Source: an uncultured Candidatus Saccharibacteria bacterium
GTDB taxonomy: Bacteria > Patescibacteriota > Saccharimonadia > Saccharimonadales > 2-12-FULL-41-12
Assembly (NCBI GenBank): GCA_964521095.1
Contig: CAZFPJ010000003.1
Span: forward strand, 12,350 to 76,349
DNA: 64,000 nucleotides
Reading direction: 5' to 3'
Numbering within the stretch: the first letter of the stretch is position 1; each line of letters begins with the position of its first letter. A program made the translations under genes and the position numbers. The notes beneath the pieces are model-generated. The model ran no database searches. It saw only the letters and a program-made list of their open reading frames with translations, and was not told where the DNA came from. Shown here piece by piece: positions 24,046 to 32,317 of the stretch.

Positions 24046-27024
24046 CTATAAACCGGCGGTTTTAACTCCATTGACTACAATAGCCGTCCAAGCAAACTCT
24101 ACATTGCTAGCGACAGGCTCGTTTACGACAATAGTAAACCCGCTAGCACTGAGATCTTTGTAGGCATAATTAACAAATTGGCCGTTTTTAACAGATAGCG
24201 TCACCACTGGTACGCTGTCATACGGCCTAGTAAAGTTAACTCTTATCTCGTTTTGGCCGGTCTTGACCACCGCAAAGCCAGCTGTGTCATTGTTAAAGGC
24301 TACTCGACCATTAAAGGTTACATCGTTATCAAAAATTGTCTTTTCAACAAATGTAACTAATTTACGGAAGACTGTATTACCACGGAACTCCGCCGGCCCA
24401 CCGACTGTTAGGCCGTTGCCGATAGCTAGGTCTAGGTCGATATTGGCCTCTCTAGCGGATATCTTGAGTCCTTCTAAGCTATTCGTAGTCTGGGTGGGGT
24501 TATTTGGCCCAGAGGGACTCTGGGGAGCTGTAGACGAGCTAGTTTGCCCCTGGTTAGCTATAGATCTGACTTCTCCAGCCAAGACATCAAACCCTTCTAT
24601 CTGGTCAGCCTTGATCTTTTTGGCTATTAGGTTGCCGTCTATTGTTACATCCCCACTAATAGTTAGCCCGTTACCAGACAAAGATGCTAGGCTATCTGTC
24701 TTTAAGCCACTAGACACCGACAGGCTCGAAAAATTAGCCTCGCCCCTAGAATTAATAAACTGCGCAAGCTCGGTAACCGCTTTTAGGTTATAAAAGCCAA
24801 GGCCAGTGGTGTCTACCATCTTGTAGCCACTGGCATCCAACTGGACTAGGTCGGGGAATATTTGCTCTAATTCTTGGGCTATAACACCTCTTTGATGGTC
24901 GCAGGTTAGGTATAACTCTTTAAACGCCGGGTCATTACATTTATAGTCATAGCTCACTACATTAACAGAGGCAATTTTATCCAACATAGAGCCCACGCCC
25001 TGGATGTTTTCTTTTAGCCTAACATCCGAAAATGTCGCATCTGTTCTACACGACCCAGCAGTTATTAAGCCGTCGTCTATTCTTACTCCGTTACCGATGT
25101 ATTGGTTATTGGCGCAAGCAGCGATAGACGATCCACTATTTCCGTTACCAACAAAAGTTCCACCAGAAGTTATGTTACCAGAGGCAGTAAGTGTGGTTAC
25201 GCCAGATACGGCTCCGGCGGTAGTTACATCAAGTCCGGTCGAATTAATACTAAAAGCATCGCCTCCATCACCCAGGGTTATCGCTCCATTAGCAGTCAGA
25301 GAATTATTGAATATTGTTTCTGTGTCTACTGTTAGGCCAGATGTGGACAATAACAATTGTGAGACTCCAGACGAGGTGCCAAAAAGCAACCGACCGGCAG
25401 TATTACGATAGGCTGTGTCGCCAGCTACAGAGTTCGTCATCCACTGCCCCGAATCAGCTACATAAGCTAACCAAGGATTTGCACCTGCACCGCCAGTGCC
25501 AATACCGGATGCGCCAGTTGTTGGCATGTCTATCCAGGTTGCCGTTCCACAACAGTTAAAGAGCGAGATAGTGCCACCACCTGGCAATGTCATAGTGTCG
25601 CTAAAAGTTTTTGCCCCTGCTATGGTCTGGGTACCGGTGGTAATTAACCCTCTGTTAGTAGCGCTAGCGTCTGGCAGGTTAAGCGTTGCTGTGCCCCCCA
25701 AAGCAACAGAACTTGCACCCCAGTTCATATCTGTGCCAGAAGTTCCTAGGGCTAAGTTAATCGATGAGTTCGCTAAGTCAATGTTGCCAATACTACCATC
25801 AGTTATTTCCGTACCAGTTACGGGCGCACAAGTTCCAGCCGTAGCTAGCCCACCAAGAGTTATGGCTTGCCTCAAGAACTGCGTACTGCTACAGCTAGTT
25901 GTTAGCCCAGAGGTCGAACCTATCTTGAAAATTGCCCCGCTGGCAAGGGTTAAGTTGCCATCTTTATCTACAGAAAATTTGTCTACGCCGTTATTCTGCA
26001 GGGCCAGCAACCTCGCTCCGACAGTTGTTAGGTTATTGGTAGTATTAAAATTAAAGCCAACAGCTGATCCACTATCTGCCACAAGAGAAATAATATCATT
26101 AGCTGTCAGACCCCCTGAAATAGTCAGTCCACCGTCTGTTTTAAGGCTATTAGCACCAAAGCGGTACAAGTTGGTGTCTGTTCCAAAGTACACCCCAGCA
26201 GACGCGCTAGTAGTATTCGTTCCTACCGACAACAAGCCATTGGCTGGTGTTGTGCCAATGCCCACTCTTTTGTCGACTGTGTCGACCATAAACAGGTTAG
26301 CCGAACCAGCAAAGTCCTGTATCTGAAAAGCTGTGTGAGAATCGGTCTGGTTTTTGGACAGTACAGTACCGGTGTTATCTACTCTAAAAACACTAGTCCC
26401 ACCACGAAGCAGGTTAAGCAAGTCTGCTGTTCCAGCAGTCTTGTTAACAGATATAGACGCGTTTGAACTAGACGAGTCAGTCTGTGCACCCTGGGCTAAT
26501 TGCAGATAGCCAGTACTGCTTAGCCCACCCAGATACTTGGTATTTAGAGCATAGGGAGTAGAGCTAAACCGAGTAAATGGCGACATCTCCCCATCCCAAC
26601 TAGGAGGGCCGGTGCCACCGATGTTGATTGACAGCCAGAGTGTATCTTGATTCCAGTCAACACTAGACCCAATAGGGTTAACTCCACCCAAATAAACCGA
26701 AAAATAGCCATTTTTGATCTGAACCTTGTTGCCTCCGGTTCGAGTTTCTGTCCATTTTAGAGTTTCGTCACCCCCACCCAGAACTCCGTTGCCATCTTGG
26801 TAAATTCTGAACTCGATGTTGTATGTTCCATCAGGCACCACTGCCCCTGTGCTAGTCAAAAGTCTACCCTGGTAGTTTACCTGTTCGTTAATACCGATTG
26901 AGTTGTGTGTCTGCTGAGACCTGCGTTGCGAAACTAAATTAAGAATCATTCCCGCCACGACAAATATAGCTACTATAACCGTAGCCATTAAAGCTAAATC
27001 TATCTTTGCTTTTTGCCTGAACAT
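24046..27024 (-). CDS. Large tail-fibre-like surface protein (992 aa): N-terminal TM anchor, Gly/Thr/Ser-rich beta-helix-like repeats, internal S74-type intramolecular-chaperone motif
   Basis: N-terminal TM helix, then the YQGRLLTSTGAVVPDGTYNIEFRIYQDG...LKWTE module common in bacterial tail-fibre-domain proteins. SDVRLKENI (Ser666) followed by VVSYDYK...GVIAQELEQIFPDLV matches the peptidase S74 chaperone-domain pattern. About 235 further residues follow it. Confidence 0.75.
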   Translation of the reverse strand: MFRQKAKIDLALMATVIVAIFVVAGMILNLVSQRRSQQTHNSIGINEQVNYQGRLLTSTGAVVPDGTYNIEFRIYQDGNGVLGGGDETLKWTETRTGGNKVQIKNGYFSVYLGGVNPIGSSVDWNQDTLWLSINIGGTGPPSWDGEMSPFTRFSSTPYALNTKYLGGLSSTGYLQLAQGAQTDSSSSNASISVNKTAGTADLLNLLRGGTSVFRVDNTGTVLSKNQTDSHTAFQIQDFAGSANLFMVDTVDKRVGIGTTPANGLLSVGTNTTSASAGVYFGTDTNLYRFGANSLKTDGGLTISGGLTANDIISLVADSGSAVGFNFNTTNNLTTVGARLLALQNNGVDKFSVDKDGNLTLASGAIFKIGSTSGLTTSCSSTQFLRQAITLGGLATAGTCAPVTGTEITDGSIGNIDLANSSINLALGTSGTDMNWGASSVALGGTATLNLPDASATNRGLITTGTQTIAGAKTFSDTMTLPGGGTISLFNCCGTATWIDMPTTGASGIGTGGAGANPWLAYVADSGQWMTNSVAGDTAYRNTAGRLLFGTSSGVSQLLLSTSGLTVDTETIFNNSLTANGAITLGDGGDAFSINSTGLDVTTAGAVSGVTTLTASGNITSGGTFVGNGNSGSSIAACANNQYIGNGVRIDDGLITAGSCRTDATFSDVRLKENIQGVGSMLDKIASVNVVSYDYKCNDPAFKELYLTCDHQRGVIAQELEQIFPDLVQLDASGYKMVDTTGLGFYNLKAVTELAQFINSRGEANFSSLSVSSGLKTDSLASLSGNGLTISGDVTIDGNLIAKKIKADQIEGFDVLAGEVRSIANQGQTSSSTAPQSPSGPNNPTQTTNSLEGLKISAREANIDLDLAIGNGLTVGGPAEFRGNTVFRKLVTFVEKTIFDNDVTFNGRVAFNNDTAGFAVVKTGQNEIRVNFTRPYDSVPVVTLSVKNGQFVNYAYKDLSASGFTIVVNEPVASNVEFAWTAIVVNGVKTAGL

Positions 27025-27260
27025 TTTGTTTTGGTGGTTTTTATTTTTTGCAAGGATTACCTTGCTATTTCACCTCTTAAATTATACCACCGTTTATCTG
27101 TTGCTGTGCAAATAATTTTGTATAAATAATTAAGTCTTTGCCAATATCAAAAATAGAACCCGAAAAATATTTTGAACAAAAATTAAATAGCTATCTTTTG
27201 AGGCTTTAAAATACTTAGCCATGAACGAATAAATAAATATATAATCTATGCCCTGCACGA

Positions 27261-28376
27261 CTACATTTTGTGTCTAAGCTGAGCGTATATGGCTCGCTCG
27301 CCTACCCAAAAACTGATTGCCATCAGGCTAGCTATCACCAATGCTGGCCAGATAAAATTGGTTGCTCTTTCAAGTGTGCCCGACTGAACACAATATTGCG
27401 AAAAGGTGCTGGCAAAACTACTGTAGTCGCAATTGTCTACAGTAGCAACAGGGGCAATCTGCCCATGAACAACTACAATAGTTTGTATCGAAGCTCTTAG
27501 GCCACTACTATCTATGGCGTTTAGTCGAACCGTATATTGACCTGGTTTTTTGTACCTATGATGGCTGGCAAAATTGCCTTTTTGCTTATGGTTAATTAAT
27601 GTTTCCGGCGAGTCATCGCCCCAATTTATTGACATAGTGTAGGGTCCAACCCCGCCATCAATTTCGTACTCAAGCTGTAATTGCTGCTCTACAATCAAGC
27701 CCCTTTGCACTGCTGGCGTATAAACCAACAGTGATTTTGCATAACTATCGCCTGTGGATAAGTTGGTAGAGTTTACATCTCCAGGAGCAGATGATCGTGG
27801 CTGGTAGATTAAGACAACTTTGTCAGAGTCCGGGCCATACTGACCAAGATTATCGCGAATTTTGGCAGTCAGGTCATTGCTACCCGGGATTAGCGTAATA
27901 ACCATAGTAAATGTTCCGTCGTTATTGCAAGCCGTCATACCAGCAAAAATATTTTGCCTATACACCTCTACAAATGTTCCGGATAAACAAGTTCCTCGTA
28001 GCTCCACCGGAGAATCCTGAAGAACTGCTCCTGAGCTTGGGGCAGTAATCTTGGCTGGCACCTCTGGTGGAGGGCCCTTCACTACTCCCGAAAGCTGTAT
28101 GAAGCCACTGGCTGTATTAGCCCGAGCAGCGCTGGTAGTAAACAACACCAACGACCCTGCAAAAATGACCAAAAAGAACACAATCGCATACGAAGTACAG
28201 TAAAACGGCAACCACCTACCGGTGTGTTTATGATGAGCAATCCGGACTTTTGACCTCTTTAACTTATAAGTAGAGTCGTGGTGTTTAGGAGGATTTTTTC
28301 TTGGTTTTGTCTTTTTTAGCACCACTCTTTTTGCCTGCCCTATTGATGATGAACTTATTATACTGTTTAAAGGCAA
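27261..28376 (-). CDS. Surface protein with a PKD-like domain, an N-terminal basic region + TM/signal segment and a C-terminal TM anchor
   Basis: YEIDGGVGPYTMSINWGDDSPE...HHRYKKPGQYTVRLNAIDSSG is PKD-like. The ORF-track start is a TTG overlapping the upstream gene by 92 nt, so the true start is uncertain. Confidence 0.6.
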   Translation of the reverse strand: MPLNSIISSSSIGQAKRVVLKKTKPRKNPPKHHDSTYKLKRSKVRIAHHKHTGRWLPFYCTSYAIVFFLVIFAGSLVLFTTSAARANTASGFIQLSGVVKGPPPEVPAKITAPSSGAVLQDSPVELRGTCLSGTFVEVYRQNIFAGMTACNNDGTFTMVITLIPGSNDLTAKIRDNLGQYGPDSDKVVLIYQPRSSAPGDVNSTNLSTGDSYAKSLLVYTPAVQRGLIVEQQLQLEYEIDGGVGPYTMSINWGDDSPETLINHKQKGNFASHHRYKKPGQYTVRLNAIDSSGLRASIQTIVVVHGQIAPVATVDNCDYSSFASTFSQYCVQSGTLERATNFIWPALVIASLMAISFWVGERAIYAQLRHKM

Positions 28377-29286
28377 ACACTATTAGCGCAATAACTAGGA
28401 CAATAATGGCTATAAGCTTATAAGGGATCACCCAAAAGGTTGTCTGAGCAGTAGCCATCTGATTATCGGTACCATAGACAAAGTCTGCCCTGATTGTATA
28501 GCGACCAAACATGAGTTTTTTGTCTAGCTTACTCTGGAATTTACGGATACTGCCAGGCAAGACATTACGACTGTCTTGGTTAAGTTGACCAACAAACACA
28601 TTTTTGCCGAACATGTTTGTTACCTGCAAGGTGCCCTTTGGTTGAAGGTGTATGTTACCTGTATTTTGAACTCGGGCAGTGATATCTATCGGACCATACT
28701 CGAAAAAACTACCCCTCTTGCCATTTCTCCCAGTAGAAAGTTCTACCACCTTAGCCGACTGCTTAATATCACCAGAAACCCTAACCAATATTAGCGTACC
28801 TACACTGGCAGACAGCGAAACACCGCTACCCTCTAGCTCTGGCGGGGTGCCAGTAAATCGAACAACTCCGTAGTGACCACCCGGACCGGCGTCCTTTGGC
28901 ACAACAATTGTTACAGTTACATTCACTCTCTCTTGCGAAGCCAAAGTTAGGCTACCAGAGGTACTGAGCCAATCTTTTATAGAATACGGGCTCTTCTCGT
29001 TAGAATCTAGCAATATCTTGGGTTGACCGTCTTCTCCGCTAGCTACGAAGTCCTCAAACTGAGGTTTTACTATTAAAGTGTCTTTGGTTACATTACGGAC
29101 TTTTATTTGGGTAGTTATTGTCTGCCCAGGATCGGCCTTGAGATCTAGTAGTGGTGGAGATATCTCTAGTCCCTGGCCAGCATTTTGAGCCCACACAGCA
29201 CTCGGCAGGCAGACTATAGCCAGCATGACAACAGCAACAATAGCCGTAAAAGTCCTGATACCGGTTGTTTTTACCCTCTTAATCAC
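28285..29286 (-). CDS. DUF916/DUF3324-like two-Ig-domain cell-surface protein with signal peptide and C-terminal TM + Lys-rich tail
   Basis: Signal peptide ...PSAVWAQ. LEISPPLLDLKADPGQTITTQIKVRNVTKDTLIVKPQFEDF and a second beta-sandwich half (...ARVQNTGNIHLQPKGTLQVTN...) follow. The C-terminus is YKLIAIIVLVIALIVFAF + KKSGAKKDKTKKKSS. The layout resembles the anchor protein of Firmicute WxL loci (assigned by eye). Confidence 0.6.
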   Translation of the reverse strand: MIKRVKTTGIRTFTAIVAVVMLAIVCLPSAVWAQNAGQGLEISPPLLDLKADPGQTITTQIKVRNVTKDTLIVKPQFEDFVASGEDGQPKILLDSNEKSPYSIKDWLSTSGSLTLASQERVNVTVTIVVPKDAGPGGHYGVVRFTGTPPELEGSGVSLSASVGTLILVRVSGDIKQSAKVVELSTGRNGKRGSFFEYGPIDITARVQNTGNIHLQPKGTLQVTNMFGKNVFVGQLNQDSRNVLPGSIRKFQSKLDKKLMFGRYTIRADFVYGTDNQMATAQTTFWVIPYKLIAIIVLVIALIVFAFKQYNKFIINRAGKKSGAKKDKTKKKSS

Positions 29287-29332
29287 TTAGTTAGTAGTAT
29301 AACAAAGAGATGCCAAGAATACACTAGCGTTT

Positions 29333-30382
29333 TTAGAAGACAGCTGTTGCGATATAGGTCATTACGGCACTATATGTTCCTGGAGGTTGCGAACCAGGCA
29401 CATTAACCATATAGCTTACTGTATACGCGTTTGCACTAGTCGAGGTCGAGGCAGATGCCACACTGTCTCCAGTGGTGAACTTGAACTGATTAGCCGTACC
29501 GTAACTAGCAGTGTATGATCCACTGCCTGAGCCGGCTGGATCCGCACCAACGCTTGGGGTGGTATTGCTACGAAGGTTGGCGCCGAATTGAGCAGTACCA
29601 ACAGATGAAGCAGCTTGTGATCCTAGTGCAGTAATAGTGTTTGCGCCCGAGGTTAGAGTGGCGCCGTTCATAGTAATCGCATAACCTGTAGAACCATTGG
29701 TAGAAGCCGCCATAACAGAAGTTCCACTGCTAGTAGCTGTGCTAGAAAATGTACCAAAGTTGACGGAGCTACCAGCAATAGTTGCGCAGTTTGTACCCGT
29801 AATAGATGTTCCCGCACAAAATACCAACGACTCATCCATGGTTCCGCTAAGCAAAATCTGCGTAGCCGTACTAGCAGCTACTGTGCCTTCGTCGACTGGG
29901 GTTGCCCAGCCAGTGTCGGAGTATAGAGTTACTCTGGCGTAGTAAGCGGTGTTAGTAGCTGAAGGGTTAGTAACATTACCAAAAGCTACTTGCCTGGCGC
30001 TACCACTAGTTGTGCTAGAAGCGCCCGAGGCACTACCTCGTAAGGTGCCAGCACTACCGTTGTTGACAGTCCAGGTTCCAGACAAAGAACTAGAAGTAAG
30101 GGTCGATGTAGTAGTAGTTAGGCCAGAAGGAGCAGTACAGGTGCCTGAGGCAGTTGTACAAATCTGGGCCGAGAACGACTGGAAAGTAGCCGTTGTAGCT
30201 GTTGTAAAGTCAAAGGTATACGATGTTACTGCACTTGGAGCAGAACTACCTAGCGTAAGTTTACGATTGGTGATGGCGGCTGCAGTAGCGGTGTTGGGCA
30301 ATGCTGTCATCCCTATCGAGGCCAACAACACAGCTCCCGGGATTAAGTTACTGGCTCTGCGTAATATTTTGATATTTTTCAT
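29333..30382 (-). CDS. Secreted Thr/Ser/Ala/Gly-rich beta-rich subunit-like protein, paralogue 1 (349 aa)
   Basis: Signal peptide; N-module identical to paralogue 2. The C-module carries AQFGANLRSNTTPSVGADP and ends ...PPGTYSAVMTYIATAVF. Confidence 0.7.
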   Translation of the reverse strand: MKNIKILRRASNLIPGAVLLASIGMTALPNTATAAAITNRKLTLGSSAPSAVTSYTFDFTTATTATFQSFSAQICTTASGTCTAPSGLTTTTSTLTSSSLSGTWTVNNGSAGTLRGSASGASSTTSGSARQVAFGNVTNPSATNTAYYARVTLYSDTGWATPVDEGTVAASTATQILLSGTMDESLVFCAGTSITGTNCATIAGSSVNFGTFSSTATSSGTSVMAASTNGSTGYAITMNGATLTSGANTITALGSQAASSVGTAQFGANLRSNTTPSVGADPAGSGSGSYTASYGTANQFKFTTGDSVASASTSTSANAYTVSYMVNVPGSQPPGTYSAVMTYIATAVF

Positions 30383-31356
30383 ACTTAAAATGTTGCTGTT
30401 GCGATGTAGGTCATTATTGCGTTATAAACACCTGCTTCTGTAGCGGTATTTATATTAGTTATATACGAAGCTTGGAATCGACGGAATTGGTCAGAACTAC
30501 TCTTGCTGGCAACGCTATCGCCAGTTACAAACTTGAACTGATCTACTGTGTTGTAGTCTGCAGTTGGAGTAGCGGTTCCCGATCCGTCAGGGTCTGCCCC
30601 AACATTTGGAGTAGTATTGTCACGCAAGTTAAGTCCAAACTGCTCAACACCTGCAGACGAGGCTGTAGTAGAACCTAATGCAGTAATAGTGTTTGCGCCC
30701 GAGGTTAGAGTGGCGCCATTTACTGTAATAACAAAGCCACTACCGGCATTTGTGCCAACGCCCATCTGAGATAAGCCAGAAGCGGTCGAGCTAGCGCTAA
30801 GTGTACCAAAGTTTACAGCACTACCAGTTGCCCCACTACAGCTTGTTGTAGTGATACCAGAGGTACCTGTGCAAAAAGTTAGGGTTTCATCTACCGTTGC
30901 AGACAGGTTAATCTGCGTAGCCGTACTAGCAGCTACTGTGCCTTCGTCGACTGGGGTTGCCCAGCCAGTGTCGGAGTATAGAGTTACTCTGGCGTAGTAA
31001 GCGGTGTTAGTAGCTGAAGGGTTAGTAACATTACCAAAAGCTACTTGCCTGGCGCTACCACTAGTTGTGCTAGAAGCGCCCGAGGCACTACCTCGTAAGG
31101 TGCCAGCACTACCGTTGTTGACAGTCCAGGTTCCAGACAAAGAACTAGAAGTAAGGGTCGATGTAGTAGTAGTTAGGCCAGAAGGAGCAGTACAGGTGCC
31201 TGAGGCAGTTGTACAAATCTGGGCCGAGAACGACTGGAAAGTAGCCGTTGTAGCTGTTGTAAAGTCAAAGGTATACGATGTTACTGCACTTGGAGCAGAA
31301 CTACCTAGCGTAAGTTTACGATTGGTGATGGCGGCTGCAGTAGCGGTGTTGGGCAA
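29855..31356. repeat. 447-bp apparently perfect direct repeat (29855-30301 and 30910-31356) inside the two tandem paralogues
   Basis: Compared by eye line by line. The antisense ORF translations from the track (MLVAEGLVTLPKATCLALPL...AAAVAVLG) are identical in both copies. A second shorter shared block lies at 29627-29664 / 30679-30716. Confidence 0.85.
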
Positions 31357-31497
31357 AAATAACCCCTGCAAACTTACAGCTGCCAATATAATGACAAAGC
31401 TGACTAAAACAAACCTTTGCAAGAGGTTTGTGGCTGTTAGATTGATGTTGTTTGTGTTCATTTTTGTTGTTGGCCTTTTTCGCTTTAGCGTTAGCAT
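30385..31497 (-). CDS. Secreted Thr/Ser/Ala/Gly-rich beta-rich subunit-like protein, paralogue 2 (370 aa; start may be Met13)
   Basis: Signal peptide; 149-aa N-module identical to paralogue 1. The C-module carries EQFGLNLRDNTTPNVGADP and ends ...EAGVYNAIMTYIATATF. Confidence 0.7.
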   Translation of the reverse strand: MLTLKRKRPTTKMNTNNINLTATNLLQRFVLVSFVIILAAVSLQGLFLPNTATAAAITNRKLTLGSSAPSAVTSYTFDFTTATTATFQSFSAQICTTASGTCTAPSGLTTTTSTLTSSSLSGTWTVNNGSAGTLRGSASGASSTTSGSARQVAFGNVTNPSATNTAYYARVTLYSDTGWATPVDEGTVAASTATQINLSATVDETLTFCTGTSGITTTSCSGATGSAVNFGTLSASSTASGLSQMGVGTNAGSGFVITVNGATLTSGANTITALGSTTASSAGVEQFGLNLRDNTTPNVGADPDGSGTATPTADYNTVDQFKFVTGDSVASKSSSDQFRRFQASYITNINTATEAGVYNAIMTYIATATF

Positions 31498-31552
31498 TAA
31501 ACTTTAGTGACATGCTATCACACTTATCCTTATTTGTAAATACTATTTATGT

Positions 31553-32290
31553 CTAGTAGGTGCCAGTGCACAACACGGCTTGATTGCCAGTATATCTGCC
31601 CCCCGGTGTAGTAGTTGAGGTATTAATAATATAAGAGACGGTATAGTCGGTCTGACCAGAGCTCCGTACAGAGGTTGCTATGTTTTCGCCGGGAATATAG
31701 CGGAAATTATTGGGCGTATTATAGTTTGTGGTTGGTGTACCAAACGAGAATGTCCCGCTAGGCACCTGCACAGGGTCGCTACCAATGCTTGGAGTTGTGT
31801 TAGCTCGCAAATTAACCCCAAACTGCTCGGTACCAATAACCGAAGGGCCGGTGGTGGTCATATTATCTAAATTGTGCGTGCCATTAGATGGTGCTGGCCC
31901 TATCAACGATACATTGTAGCCATAAGCTGTATAGTTAAGAACGCTAAACGAGGCAGTGCCAGAGACCGTAGAGCTGTAAGATAGCCCGCCAAAATTGAGC
32001 GACCCAGAGTTTAGGACACAAGCCAACCGCGGGTCTGGTGTAGTAGTAGCGCCACTCTGAGTTGTGTAATTACTAGAGGTGCTCTCGCCCACCCCACCGG
32101 CATTACCAACAGATTGTTGCCCATTTTCTAGTGAGTAATTTGACGATCCACTTTCTAGGTTTCCACCCGGACCGATAAAGCTCTCGTCAATTTTGTAGTT
32201 ACTTGATGCACCCTGCGCCAGTATCTGTGGCGCCAAATAAACAAAGCCCCCGAGCACAACAAGACACAACCAGAAAACTCTTTTCCCCAT
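31553..32290 (-). CDS. Secreted subunit-like protein, paralogue 3 (245 aa), with SSNY repeats
   Basis: Signal peptide ...PQILAQG; three SSNY(K/S/T) motifs. The C-module carries EQFGVNLRANTTPSIGSDP and ends ...GRYTGNQAVLCTGTY. Confidence 0.7.
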   Translation of the reverse strand: MGKRVFWLCLVVLGGFVYLAPQILAQGASSNYKIDESFIGPGGNLESGSSNYSLENGQQSVGNAGGVGESTSSNYTTQSGATTTPDPRLACVLNSGSLNFGGLSYSSTVSGTASFSVLNYTAYGYNVSLIGPAPSNGTHNLDNMTTTGPSVIGTEQFGVNLRANTTPSIGSDPVQVPSGTFSFGTPTTNYNTPNNFRYIPGENIATSVRSSGQTDYTVSYIINTSTTTPGGRYTGNQAVLCTGTY

Positions 32291-32317
32291 AAGCGTAAGT
32301 GTATTATATCTCAGATA

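Noticed and set aside
25496-26326. 276-aa plus-strand ORF (and neighbours 24263-24793, 25004-25411) inside the 992-aa gene
   Set aside because: These are antisense shadow ORFs of a long Gly/Thr/Ser-rich minus-strand gene. Their low-complexity Pro/Val/Ala-rich translations are typical of the reverse frame, and they have no start context.
29855-31356. The 447-bp perfect repeat as an IS or other mobile element
   Set aside because: Both copies are in-frame internal parts of paralogous genes. No terminal inverted repeats or transposase are present, so gene duplication or conversion explains it.
29949-31507. 164-aa and 167-aa plus-strand ORFs with identical N-terminal sequences
   Set aside because: They are the antisense reading of the 447-bp repeat shared by the two minus-strand paralogues. 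The minus-strand genes have signal peptides and a conserved C-module, so the plus frames are shadows.
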